NCBI GenBank assembly: GCA_029717555.1
Contig: JAMDHS010000007.1
Coordinates: 1 to 64,000 of the forward strand
Direction of reading: 5' to 3'
DNA: 64,000 nt
Source: Peribolospora baueri
Lineage: Eukaryota
Below the pieces are notes generated by a model. That model ran no database searches, was not told where the DNA came from, and saw only the letters and a program-made list of their open reading frames with translations. How positions within the stretch are numbered: position 1 is the stretch's first letter; every line of letters begins with the position of its first letter. The translations under genes were made by a program, and so were the position numbers. This document shows positions 49,793 to 63,014 of the stretch, in pieces.

Positions 49793-51281
49793 CAGAGCTG
49801 CCCCATCGCCTTTCGCTGGTTGGAATGGAGCCAGCGTAGTCCGCCGTCAGCGGTTGCCATTAACGCTCGCGTCCAGCCGCCGCTTATCTCCGTGAGTCGC
49901 AAGGTCGTCGCGTACCTAATAACCCTCCACCGACATCAACAAACGGAGGCGGAGCGACGGTGGTTGCCGCAGTAAGGGCCGGCCGAACGTGCCGCAGCGG
50001 TGAGCGGGCGTGGCTTCCTTATAAAAAATTTGCCGTGCTTCTTCTTCTTCTTCTTCCTCATTGCCTTCTGCCGACGAACCCGGTGGTGGTGGTGGTCGTC
50101 GCCCACACGTTCGCAGGTGAGTCTAGTTTCAAGGAGCGTCATCTGTCCATCGCAGACGAGGGAAAGACAGAAGGGGCCCGGTCCGGTCCATGTTGTCCGC
50201 AAAGATTAGCAATTTTGATATTCACACTGTCGGATGGTAGGGGTGAAACGTTGCTGGGGTTAAACCTGGGGGCGTTTTTTCCCTGCATGACGTGGTATTA
50301 CTACAACGGTAGATGAGCGGATGAGGGCGTGGCTGGCTGGCGGTGGCGAAGGAGGAGAATCGGAGGGCGAGGAAGGAGAGAAAGAGAAGAAGATGGAGGC
50401 TGACTGACGTTGCGATATCCTCGCTTTCTTTCGATCCCTTTCGTGTTCTCCTCATCCCAGCTGGCTTGCTCGCGCGGACGCTGTCGTCGTCGCGCGTCTC
50501 GTTTGTACATACCGCGTGTCGTGTTCGCGCCGTCTGCGCTCGTGGAGAATGGATGTGTGTGCGATAGCTCGGATAGGATGGTGTGTCGGGAGACTGTTCT
50601 TTTCCGGGCGGGGAATAAGGCGAGATGGGTAATTACGGGGGAGACAGGCACGGGGACGGGCGAGGACGAGTAGGATGGAGCAAGCACCCGAGGCCGTCGT
50701 CGGCGGGCCGCATCGCATGAGCTTGGAGCGGGCTTGGAGCGTCGTTCGACCGAGCGTCGGTCGGGTCGACGACGATGGTGCGCAAGACGACGTCGGTCGG
50801 CTGCTCCGAGAGAGGGCGGTCGGTCTGTCTTGTCTGCCTGTGCGGAGAAGAAAGTAGTCTATCTCTCTCTAACCATTCCATTCCTTTGCTTTCCTTTTAA
50901 CTTTACATATCCTGGCAAGCTTTACTCGGCGTTCCTTGGCTCCCCTCCCCCGTCGGCAGGTGCATGGGTTGGCTATGTGGGAGTGCGGGCGGAAGAAAGA
51001 GAGCAAGCAAGCAAGCAAGGCAAGGTTAAGCGATCCGACGTGCTATCCTAACCCTTTGTCCGTCGTCCGTCGTTCGTCGCATGCGGCAGTGCGCTCGCTT
51101 AGTCGGACGGGGGAGGTCGTCTTGTCGAGCTAGAGCGGGTTAGTGTGCCGTGGAGTTGGCGGGCGTTGAGGGTGAAAAGGGGTGAGAGAGAGTCGTGTCG
51201 TGAGTGAAGCGAAGCAAGGTGTGGATGTACATAGACGGACGGAGATGGGAGATGGGAGATGGACGATGGTGGGAGTGAGCT

Positions 51282-51320
51282 TGCTTGGTTACTTGCTTGC
51301 TTGCTTGCTTGCTTGCTTGC
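51282..51320. repeat. (GCTT)n microsatellite
   Basis: Direct reading: ttgcttgcttgcttgcttgcttgcttgc. Confidence 0.85.
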
Positions 51321-51583
51321 TGTCCAACTCCGTCCGTTCTCGTCCTCCTTCTCGTTTCGTCACATCCCAATTCTTTCTTCCTTCTTTCTTCTTCCTTTTC
51401 TCCCCTTCCATCCTTTCCTCCCTCTCCCCGCCGTCTCCTCTCTCCTTCTCCTTGCAACTCGCTCCCCCTCCCTAACCCAGCCAGGCCACGCACGCTACTT
51501 CCGCGTCTAATAGTAATAAGCTGCCCGCCCGCCGGCCGTGTTGTCGTCGTCGTGGTTGTCGCATGCGCGTCGTCACCTCGCTC

Positions 51584-51608
51584 TATTATTATTATTATTA
51601 TTATTATT
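51584..51608. repeat. (TAT)n microsatellite
   Basis: About eight TAT units. Confidence 0.9.
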
Positions 51609-52177
51609 CGCCGCTGCTCTCTTCGTCGTCGTCTTTGGTGTAGTCGAAACGCATTCGCAGTCCGTCAAACAGTCTATCCAACCAGACGAGGAGTCGTTGT
51701 TGTTGTAGTTCTCGTCAAACACTGTCCCTCTATCTACCTATCCATCATCCATCTACAGTATCTCCCCGACTCTCAGTCCCCGTCCCGTCCCGTTCCTTCC
51801 TTCACCCACGGCCACGGCCACCCACAACCAGCCAGCCAGCCAAGCAACGCAACGCCGCAGCGCCATCCAAGCCAATCGCCGCCGTCGTCGTCCACTCCAT
51901 CACCACCATCACCATCACCATCTTCATCCTCATTCTTCATCCTCATTCTTCGTCCTCGTCCTCGTCCTCGTCCTCGTCGCCGTCCCCATCCCCGCCCTTA
52001 TTCTCCATCTTCCCACCTCCTCCTTCCTTCCCTTCCTCCCTCCTTCCCTTCCTCTCTTCCTCCCTTCTTCCCCCTCCCCGTCGTCCCCAATACAATACCC
52101 CCTTCGCGACGATACCCCCACCTACTACCGTCATATAACACACACCCCCGGATCAGGATCACCTTCCCGCCCCCACC

Positions 52178-55100
52178 ATGACCCTCGCTAGCCTTAGCGA
52201 GGCAGGAGAACTCGCCCACGTCGACGACCATGCCCACGTCCAACCCTCCTCCCCAGCACAGCCCCCACCGCCGCCTTCGGATGATGTTCAGCAACAACAA
52301 CATCCTCGCGGAAGGGGCGCTACCGGAGGTCAGCACCACGCTCATCGCCCCGCTTCCGCCGCCGTCGTCACCGTCTCTGCCCCCCTCCCTCCCCCCGGCC
52401 AGTCCCGCTACGCCGTGCCCGGCATGCCCGTCAACGACCGCAGAGCCAGCGCTCACCCGGCCATGACCGTCTCGTCTACCAACGCCTACGGCAACCCCGC
52501 CATCGCCCACCCTCATCGCCCCCGTCCGCCCACCACCTCCGTCCCATCCACCCCCGTCCTTCCCACCCACTTCCCTCGCTCCCCCACCTCGCCCACCCTC
52601 GCCGCCTCCCCCGCCGCTCTCTCCTACTTTGCCGCCCACCCGCGCCGACAGCAGGTCGTCTTCGGCCAGTATCTCCTTCTTCAGACCCTCGGCGAGGGCG
52701 AATTCGGAAAGGTCAAGCTCGGCGTACACAAGGAGTGGGGCGAGGAGGTGGCCATCAAGCTCATCAAGAGGGAGAAGGTCGCCGCCGACAAGGACGCCGC
52801 CGCCGTCGGAGCCGGAACACCAGACGCCGGAGCCACCAAGGGCAAGATGACAAAAGTCGAGAGGGAGATTCAGGTCTTGAACGTTCGTCCGTCCTTGCCA
52901 TTCTCGCCTTGTTCCCGTCCTAGCCATTCACTTTTCCTTCCTTCCTTCACCCCGCAGAACGTCCGCCATCCAAACATCGTCCGCCTCTACGAGGTCCTCC
53001 AGAGCGATCGCTACATCGGCATCGTCCTCGAGTACGCCTCCGGAGGCGAGCTCTTCGACCACATCCTACAGCACAAGTACCTCAAAGAGCGCGACGCCTG
53101 CAAACTCTTCGCCCAGCTCATCTCCGGCGTACACTACCTCCACCAGAAAAAGATCGTCCACCGCGACCTCAAGCTCGAAAACCTCCTCCTCGACAGGAAC
53201 TGCAACGTCATCATCACCGACTTTGGCTTCGCTAACAACTTTGAGGACAAGACCGACGACCTCATGGCCACCTCTTGCGGCTCGCCCTGCTACGCCGCGC
53301 CCGAGCTCGTCGTCCAGGACGGCCTGTATAACGGTTCGGCCGTCGACGTCTGGAGCTGCGGCGTTATCCTCTACGCCATGCTCGCCGGCTACCTCCCCTT
53401 CGACGACGATCCGAACAACCCCGAGGGCGACAACATCAACCTCCTCTATAAGTACATCATGGCCACCCCTCTTTCTTTCCCCGATTATGTCTCCCCCGAG
53501 CCGAGAGACTTGCTCAGCAAGATGCTCGTCCCCGACCCCGCCCGCCGTGCCACCCTCGTCGACGTCATGCACCACCGCTGGCTCAGCCCGTACACCGAGC
53601 TCTTCGCCTTTACTGTTGACGACCTCGAGCGCGCTGCCGTCGAGCAGGGCGCCAAAAAGAGGCAGGCCTACCGGCAGCAGATCGCCTATCAGCAGCAGCA
53701 GCAGCAACAGCTCGAGCGACAGCGCCAACTCGAACGGCAGCGGTTGGAACACCAGCAGCAATTGGAACAACAGCAGAAACAACAACTAATGGCCAGGAGC
53801 CAATCCGCTCGCAGTGGCATCGTCCTCCCTAGCAGCCCCTCGTCCCCTACGTCCCCCCAGGGTCGCGTCGCTCGTGAGCGACGCCACCACAGCGCCGTCG
53901 TCCAAGGCGCTTCCTCCCCCGATTACGTCCGCGAGTACACCTTCCATGCCCCTGTCCCTCCGGCCGCCGCCAGTGCACAGCAGAGCAGGAGGGTCAACGC
54001 CAATGTCAATGCCGCACCGGCAGTGCCCGACTTGCCCGCCACGCCGACGACGCCGACCGCTGCTTTTCAGGCCATCTCTCTCTCCCCTCCTCAAGGCGGC
54101 GCGGGCGGTGGTGGCGGCCCCAACGACGACGTCCCCGCAGCCGGCGCCGACGGTATTAGACCGGGCTCAAGCTCAGGCTCGAGCGCAAAGAAGCGCCAGA
54201 ACCGTCAGCGACATACTGTCCAGGTTGAATATGACGGTCAGGCGAACCAGTCTTCTCCAGGCGCCGGCGGCGGCGGCAAGACGGCTAGGAGACAGAGGGA
54301 GAAGAAGGATAGGGAAATGGACGGCGTTATTGAGGCGACGCCGGTGATTGACGAGGACTTGCCGGCGGCGGTGGGGACGCCGACGCCGGCGCCGGATGTG
54401 CCCGCCGCCGTCGTCGCGCCTGTGAACGACGCGGTGAAAGCGCCCGCCTCTCCTGCCGCCCCCGCTCCCGCTCCCGAGGTGCACCCGGGCACTCTGGCAG
54501 CGGACGGTGGAGAAAACCCTCTGAGGCCTCCCGAGGGGGAGCAGGAGCCGCCGCTTACTTCTACCTCACCCGCCGGCGCCGTCGACATCACTACCACTAC
54601 CCCTTCGCAGGAGGAGGCGCCTCGTGCCGCCGCGCCCGCCGCGCCCGCTGTCCCAAGTCCTGTCCGCGAGGAGGAAAAGAGCGCCGTCAGCGTCGACAAT
54701 AACACCGCTGTCCCCGTGGCCGAACTGGCCGGAGCGGACGACAAGGAAGCGCTCTGCGTCGCGACGGACGCTGACAAGACGACGGCCAACAAACTGTCGG
54801 CTTGCTCCGTGCCCGCACCTGCGCCCGCACCGGCGCCCACGTCGTCATCGTTCAAGCGCCGTTCGACGCGGCGCAAGGCGCTCAGCCTCATCGTCGAGCC
54901 TTTTGGTAGGTCGTCTGCGATCCGCGACCGGGATCGCGCGAATGCCATCGTGGCCGCTTCCAAGGACCAGGCGACGGGCGTGACGACGACGACGACGGGT
55001 ACCGGTGCGGCCAATGACGCCAATGCGAACGCGGACGCAAAGGGAGGGACGACGAAGAAGAAGGACAAGCGGCAGAGCATCAACGTGTCCATCTGGGGCC

Positions 55101-55750
55101 GTAAGCGCAGCGGCACCACCGTCCATCATCCCCCCCCTTCTCCCGCCTTGTCCATCACCCCTCGCACCTTTTCGTCCGGTCAGCGCGGCGCTCGAGCGAA
55201 TGAAAGCGCTCAGACGACGACGACGGCGGCGGCGGCGGCGGCGACGGCGACGGCCCCTCCTTCGCCCGATCGTCTGCCTCCTCGCCCCACCGGATCGCTC
55301 CCTGCGCGACGAGGTCCGCCGCCGGTAGTCGTGCCGGTGCCCGTACCCGCCCACGTCGCCAACTCCAACTCGGACTCGTCGGTCCCTCCCGCCCATCCCC
55401 TCCCCGTCTGGCAACGCCGTCCGGCCATCTCCACAGGCCCGTCGAGCAGCAGCAGCGCGGCGCGCAAGGTGATGAACTGGTTTAGGAAGAAGAGCCGTGG
55501 CGAACAACCGTCGACGGACGATGGTCTGGACGCTGAAGGCGAAGCGGAAGCGGGCTTTGTGGAGGTGGAGAGGCCCGTCGATGGGGATGCTTTCTTGGGA
55601 CGCCGCGCCGGCTCGGGCTCGGCCACTGTGGCGGATTTTGGGATGCTAGATGAGGCGGGCCGGACGAGGCCTAGAGGGACTAGCAACGGTAGCTTGAAGG
55701 CGCTGCCTCCGGCGGTGACGACGACGACGACGAGAGGCACGGTGCAGTGA
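52178..55750 (+). CDS. KIN4: CAMKL-family Ser/Thr protein kinase, KIN4/Ppk1-like
   Basis: TLGEGEFGKVKLG; HRDLKLENLLL; ITDFGFAN; TSCGSPCYAAPELV; YLPFDDDPNNPEGDNINLLYKYI (Kin4-type); poly-Q tract; AARKVMNWFR. A 75-nt in-frame intron lies at 52883-52957. Confidence 0.92.
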   Translation: MTLASLSEAGELAHVDDHAHVQPSSPAQPPPPPSDDVQQQQHPRGRGATGGQHHAHRPASAAVVTVSAPLPPPGQSRYAVPGMPVNDRRASAHPAMTVSSTNAYGNPAIAHPHRPRPPTTSVPSTPVLPTHFPRSPTSPTLAASPAALSYFAAHPRRQQVVFGQYLLLQTLGEGEFGKVKLGVHKEWGEEVAIKLIKREKVAADKDAAAVGAGTPDAGATKGKMTKVEREIQVLNVRPSLPFSPCSRPSHSLFLPSFTPQNVRHPNIVRLYEVLQSDRYIGIVLEYASGGELFDHILQHKYLKERDACKLFAQLISGVHYLHQKKIVHRDLKLENLLLDRNCNVIITDFGFANNFEDKTDDLMATSCGSPCYAAPELVVQDGLYNGSAVDVWSCGVILYAMLAGYLPFDDDPNNPEGDNINLLYKYIMATPLSFPDYVSPEPRDLLSKMLVPDPARRATLVDVMHHRWLSPYTELFAFTVDDLERAAVEQGAKKRQAYRQQIAYQQQQQQQLERQRQLERQRLEHQQQLEQQQKQQLMARSQSARSGIVLPSSPSSPTSPQGRVARERRHHSAVVQGASSPDYVREYTFHAPVPPAAASAQQSRRVNANVNAAPAVPDLPATPTTPTAAFQAISLSPPQGGAGGGGGPNDDVPAAGADGIRPGSSSGSSAKKRQNRQRHTVQVEYDGQANQSSPGAGGGGKTARRQREKKDREMDGVIEATPVIDEDLPAAVGTPTPAPDVPAAVVAPVNDAVKAPASPAAPAPAPEVHPGTLAADGGENPLRPPEGEQEPPLTSTSPAGAVDITTTTPSQEEAPRAAAPAAPAVPSPVREEEKSAVSVDNNTAVPVAELAGADDKEALCVATDADKTTANKLSACSVPAPAPAPAPTSSSFKRRSTRRKALSLIVEPFGRSSAIRDRDRANAIVAASKDQATGVTTTTTGTGAANDANANADAKGGTTKKKDKRQSINVSIWGRKRSGTTVHHPPPSPALSITPRTFSSGQRGARANESAQTTTTAAAAAATATAPPSPDRLPPRPTGSLPARRGPPPVVVPVPVPAHVANSNSDSSVPPAHPLPVWQRRPAISTGPSSSSSAARKVMNWFRKKSRGEQPSTDDGLDAEGEAEAGFVEVERPVDGDAFLGRRAGSGSATVADFGMLDEAGRTRPRGTSNGSLKALPPAVTTTTTRGTVQ

Positions 55751-56760
55751 GCCGCCTCTCATCCCCCTCCTGGACGTCGCTGCCGGGCCCCACATGGGGG
55801 CCCGCAGCCCACCTCCCCTTTCTTGTTTCCTCCCCTTTCCTTCTCCCCGGTCCGGTCCGGTCCGGTCGGACCCCCCGCCTTTCACTCGCTTGTATACCAG
55901 TACATCCCACCTTTTCCATAATCCCTTCTTTTTTTTTTCCGTTCTGATCCCCCTCCCTTCATTTTACCTACAAGTCAGTCAAGTCATACGTCCGTCGGTT
56001 CTGTCGAACCCGGTTCGGTCGACCGCTCGCTCGCTGCAAGCATGGCCGTCGTCTCGTCTTCCTCCCCCGTCGTTTCTCCTCCCCTCTCTTTTTTAGTCTC
56101 TTTCCTCCTTCCTCCTCCGCGTCGCTCGATCGCTCCTTCCTCGCTCGCTCCTCAAAGAGGCACCCCTCCGTCCGCCCCGATCCGACCTTATTTACATTTT
56201 CCGCCTCGTCTTGTCGCCGCCGTGATCAATTTCATACACTTTGCGATGTGTCTTCTTTTTTTTTGTTGTTCGTAGTACACTAATTGTTTGTTGCGATACG
56301 TCGCGAACTTTTTTTCCTTCTCCCTTCTCTGTTCGGTCGGTCGGTCGGTTCGTCGGTCGGCTGGGCCGTGTCTATCTATTTGACAAGGCTGACGGACATG
56401 GTCTGCGAAACATGGGCTAATTTGAAGCGAAGAAGGAAGTCCATCCCTCCGTATCTTGCTACGACGTGTTGGAATGGCCGAAGACCGACCGAAGGGCGAA
56501 CGGCAAGGCGTGCATGCCTAGCACTATTAACATAACGACGTCTCCAAATCATACTTAGCCAAACATAAATCTTGCTTATAATTCTTGCTTACCCAAAGCA
56601 TTAATCTTGAATTGCCCGAATATTCGTCTGCGGTTAGCATACTCGTGAAACCTTTCTAAGGTCGTCCGTAATTCTCTTGACTTTTGCTGGTTACGTCTTG
56701 AAAGAGAGACATTCGTTACGTCTTGCGACGGATGGATTCCCGCGTCAAGCAATGTGAATC

Positions 56761-58451
56761 TTGCCCGTCGCCGTCCTGTATAACTTTGCTCGCCGAGTGG
56801 ATAGTGATGCCGTATGGACGCGGTCGAGACGTCCCGATATCACACGTGTTTCGGCCAGGACGTCCGCTTCTGTTTTATACTACGGGCGTAGTGACGGAGC
56901 GGCCCTAGGGCAGACTCTTGAACAAGCGCGGACAACCGTGAGCATGGATTTCTTTTTTTCTTTCGCTGTTCCCTTGATATGCACATATCCCGAGTGTCTG
57001 GAACTGACTTTAACTCTCGCTGACGTTCCAACTCTAGAATGCTCTCGCGGCGTCTTGGATGCCCTAACCCCCCGCCGTACAAGAAGAGGCGCATGGAGAG
57101 CCCGCACGCCGGCGGCCATGAACCAAACGACTTGGGCTCTTCAATACCGCTTCTCGGACCCGAACATCGAGGGGCATTACAAGTGGAACGAGGGAGTACG
57201 TTGTCCGGTTCGCAAACACCTATCGGACTCGTCGCTGTCCCCCCGTCGTCGGAAGGCCCCGACGAAGAAAGGCGCGAACAAAAAAAGCACGGCAAGGAAA
57301 ACCAGCCCGCGGCATGGTACCTACCTCGTCGTACGCGGGTGAAAGGCTCCAAAAAGGCCCAAGGTTAAGTTGGGGCTCCCGTGCGGGGCGCGGAAGGATG
57401 AGGGAGGCCCTCGTAGTGGGTCCATGTCTTGCGCCGTTGACACTTTCCTTTTCGTGTTTTGGGACACCATCTGGTTTGCGATACCGCTCACTCTCCGCGC
57501 GCGATTCTCCAACTATTTCGAGGTAGAGATAGATGGCTCGAAAGGCGAGAGAGGCAGCCCCAGAAACAGACTTGGCCGCAGTGAAGCAGAAGAACGGCGC
57601 GCTCAAAGCGGACCGCCCAAAGTATGTGGGCGATGGGGAGAGCGACAGACCTGCACACGGCCTAGGGCAAGCGAAGTTTCCCCTGATGGAATTTGTGAGT
57701 AATTTGTCCTACTTTGTCGACGTGCCTGTTCGGTCTCATTTAATTACAAATACTTTACAATGCCACGCCAATACGAACCTACGAGGATAAGGTCGAACGA
57801 CCATGATGTATCTTTCGAATATCGTCAGGGACGTGTTCGTCGACGGGCGAAACATTCCCACCGCCGCCGGCTGCCCCACCGCCCTTCAAGCCTGCCTCGT
57901 CCATTTTCGAAGAAGCGACGGTCTCCGTCTTCCGAGTGTCAGACGAGTGTGGGCACTGCGGGAAGGTTCGGGAAATCCATCACAGGGGCGCCTTCCTCCC
58001 TTTACCCAAACAACCTTTGGCGGAGCTAGCCGAAGAACATCCCGGTCGGAGCTGGGGGGTTCGGCGACTTGATAGAGTTGAGCTGGGGAGCACACAAGCG
58101 GGGGGCTCGGCCGATGCGATTCTTGTGGATCAACAAGCTTCACACGATCGACGCGCCTACATCAGCCCTCTCGCTTCATGTGGATTGACTGACCCAGAGG
58201 ATGGGTACCGTGTGGCCCAGGGCGACGGGAAGGATATTGGAGTGCCGGATCTGGTCGATTTCGACCAGACATGGGAGGAAGGCGTTTGGCTGCTGTGCGC
58301 AGACGGACAGACGGCGCGCTATCGAGTTCGGGCAGCGCTTCTCGGTAAAAGCGCACACTTCACGGCGCACGTCGAGGACATGAATGGGGTGCAATATTTC
58401 TACGACGGGATGATGCCGCGGAGGGGTGGGGGTGGGGCACGGTGTGTCTAA
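56761..58451 (+). pseudogene. Degenerate USP-like (papain-fold) cysteine-peptidase gene, possibly transposon-derived
   Basis: Cys-box-like MSCAVDTFLF (~57424), CGHC (~57948) and His/Asp-box-like YRVRAALLGKSAHFTAHV...YFYDGM (~58320-58410) occur in the correct order. In-frame TGA at 57340-57342 and frame changes between blocks. Confidence 0.55.
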
Positions 58452-59120
58452 TCTGGGATGGGCGGCGTCGATGGACGCCCCGGCGTCGTTGAAGAGCCAC
58501 GTGCTACTGTACTCTGGCTTGTAGAGAACACGGACGTGAGGCTTGCATGAATGAATGAAGGACGAGTCAGTCTGTAAACAAACCCGCTACGGGAGATTTG
58601 AAAATACAAGGTGAGAGCGAGCGCGAAGCATGTCTATCGCGGCCACGTATGACAAAAGGATTGAATACATATGGACAGCTAAAACAAAGTGGCACCAGAC
58701 AAAGAAAACGGACAGAGAAGATAAGGGTAAAAAGAGGAAGAGGGAAAGTACACGCTCGATTCCCGCTCCTTTTCGTCACTCGCGTGTGGGACCGAGAGGC
58801 GAGGGGTGGTAGAGGGATGGAGGAATGGGTGGAGGGATGGATGGATGGATGGAGCCGACAAAAGCAAGATGAATTCTACGTTCTTTGCCATCAAGAATGA
58901 CATTATGGTGATCGATATTGACATTTGGGCATCCTTAATTAACATTCACGCCGTCAAGGACTGCAGAGAAGGCGTCCATATCCTCCAATAACGTGTCCAT
59001 ATTCTACAATAACGAGTCCAATAATAAAGAAGCCGCCCTCTAATTCGAGTCGATGGTCTTCCGAGAGAGCAGACGCGTTGAAGGGTCCACAGGCCCAGCC
59101 ACCCTCCTTCGGCCTACATC

Positions 59121-60732
<1,612 letters not shown>

Positions 60733-60827
60733 GGTGGCAGATGGAGGTTGAAGGTACCGTATCCACGCTCGCCTGGTCTTCAGGACTTAAAATCTTCGGA
60801 GGCTGTTGGCAACCCATGCCGTGCTCG

Positions 60828-60854
60828 CACGTGAGTTTGTGACTAGCACGTGAC
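60828..60854 (-). promoter_or_regulatory. Two TCACGTG (bHLH/Cbf1-type E-box) sites upstream of LYS1
   Basis: CACGTG at 60828-60833 and 60847-60852; both read TCACGTG on the minus strand, ~100-120 nt before the ATG. Confidence 0.45.
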
Positions 60855-61205
60855 GGGACAGCCGTGCCGGTTGCGTCCGGTAACGACCGCACCTTGGACG
60901 CTGCGGCATACACAGCCACTCTTCTTCTTCTTCACCTTGGATGTTATGAACTCCTACTACGCTTCCTGCTACGATCCAAGTTGAACAATCATCACTATAG
61001 ATACATACACCTTAGCTAACAGTCCTGCCGCTCCGTAAGCACCCATCGCCAACACGACGGACGGATTGGAACGCTGAGGCATTCGAGCCTTCAATGAGGT
61101 GAAGGGAAGACGAACTGCCGGAAAGCAACCAAAGCGCCGCATCCATTCCAGCCATAGCCCACTGCAATCTAGAGTGCGCAAATGGAGGACCAGGCAGTTG
61201 TCGGG

Positions 61206-62470
61206 TCAAGTTCCTGGGATGCTTGGTTCCAGATCGTCCTCTCTGTCCCAGGGCCCATATGTGGCTGCCTGCAGTTCCACTTCCAGGACCGGATAAAGTC
61301 CAACGGCGTTCGCCGTTCTATGCGCGGCCTGTACACCCTCGCCACCTTCCTCAGTCGAACCGGTCTCTACATACGAGTAAATGTCCTCCTCTTCGTCTCC
61401 CGCTCGTAGGTCTCGTAACACGTTCGCTTCGTCTCTCGAGATTTTTGCCCACACGCGCGGCGCCTTGCCGTACTCATGGAGGTTATGGAGCTGCCCGACC
61501 GTTTCCAACGTTCGGCAGGCTTTACCGAACACCCGCGCCACCTCGCCGAAGCTTGGGCCTGCGCATAGGGCGGTCGGGTTCTCTCACTCACCCATAGCTC
61601 GACGCTCCAGAAGAAGCGAGGCTGAAAGTTGACGTGGCGGAGATTGGAGTAAAAGCGAATGGTAAGGGTCCGCGGCGACCGGTGACCGACCGACGCGGAG
61701 GATGATTTCCGCAGAAGACGGAAGAAAGGAAGCCACCCGTCTTCACGGGAGGAGTTAAAATGGAAGCGAGCGACTCACTGTCGTTTCGTAGCTTACGGAC
61801 CACAGCTCGAGGAGATTTGGGCAAGCCCTGGCGAGACTGGCAATGTAGTTCTCGTCGGCATACCTTTTGGGTTTGTTCTTGCTCCCCCATGTGACCTTGC
61901 CTTCGTCGTCTTCTCGCCAGTTCGTGCCTTCTCCGGCTCCGTTTCGCCCATTGGCCGCTTCACACATAGTGGTGAGGCTTCGCAGTGCGGGTAAAGAGCC
62001 GGCGACGTGCCGCAATAAATAGGGCGCCTGTGCGTTGATTGTCCCGCAAATGAAGAGACGGGAGAGGTTTGGCGGAGGATGGGAGAGGATCGCTCAGTTG
62101 AAGCAAAATCGCCCTATGGGGAGCGAAGGGGTACACAGACGGTGAGAAACGGCCATACGCAGAGAAAACGAGATGAATGAAAAGCCGACGTCAGCAAAAT
62201 GTTCCGCACTCGAAAGGCCCGCAGGTTGGGCAGCATTCCTGTTTCGAACGAATGAAAAAAGTCTCGTTCGACGTTCCGTCCCAGCTCGACCCTCTCCAGG
62301 GCGGGCGAGTCGCACCAAAGGCTGTGCGCTTGAGAGGGACTGGAGAGATCGAAGCCGTCAAGGATAAGGGAGATCAGGTGAGGAAACCTGCCGGAGAAGA
62401 GGCCGCCTCTCGCTGAGGCGTCGATGTTGTCGCCTCCTTGGTACTGTAGCTCGAGGGTGCGGAACCCATA
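61206..62470 (-). pseudogene. 5'-truncated, probably frameshifted LRR-type (F-box-associated-like) gene relic
   Basis: Minus-strand blocks GRFPHLISLILDGF, SPALERVEL, MLPNLRAFR|gt, TINAQAPYLLRHVAGSLPALRSL, LARACPNLLEL, VFGKACRTLETVG. No credible N-terminus; frame switches between blocks. Confidence 0.55.
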
Positions 62471-62499
62471 AGTTTAGACTTCAGGTCGTCAAGTCATTG

Positions 62500-63014
62500 G
62501 ATGGCGTCTTTTTGAAATTGACCACTTGGGGGCATGAAGCTCCCTTGGAGGTGCGAGTATTTGTGTACGAGGTCCAAGCAAATCGCGTCAGGGTCTTGGT
62601 CGCAACAGGCAGAAGAGACGGCACCAGAAGAGACGGCATCAAGAGTGTCAGAGCTACTCACGTCCTTAGAGGATTCCCCATTGTTTCCCCCACTTGCCGC
62701 ACCAGGGAAAATCGGACAGATGATGGGCCTCATCTCCTTCTCCGCCCCCCTCGGCGCGCCCATCATCAACGGTTGGCTCGCCGCCGGCGGAGGCTATCTA
62801 GCCGCTGCAGCGTTTTCCGGCAGCGTTCTCGTCGTTGGTTCTGCGATGGTAGTGAGTGTGTCGCCGTCGCCCAATCGTAGCTGACTGAAGGAACGCCCAC
62901 TTCTGACATGTCCCCCACTTTCTTTCTTCCCCACCGCACTGCCCTGCTCTCCCGTGACACCTCAGGCATTGCGCCCGGATCTGCGTCAACAGGAAGATCT
63001 TGTCCATTGTCTAG
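62500..63014 (+). pseudogene. C-terminal fragment of an MFS (monocarboxylate-porter-like) transporter
   Basis: GKIGQMMGLISFSAPLGAPIINGWLAAGGGYLAAAAFSGSVLVVGSAM, an intron, then ARICVNRKILSIV*. Only the last ~2-3 TM helices are present and the splice phase does not fit. Confidence 0.55.

Noticed and set aside
51285..52181. 298-aa ORF upstream of KIN4
   Set aside because: Microsatellite and CT-rich leader sequence with a non-ATG start.
53066..55740. Long antisense ORFs over KIN4 (similar ones over Lon, MDH and the beta-lactamase gene)
   Set aside because: Expected from high GC3 codon bias of the sense genes.
57340..57342. TGA recoding (Trp or Sec) in the peptidase relic
   Set aside because: TGA is the normal stop in many intact genes here, and the locus has other lesions.
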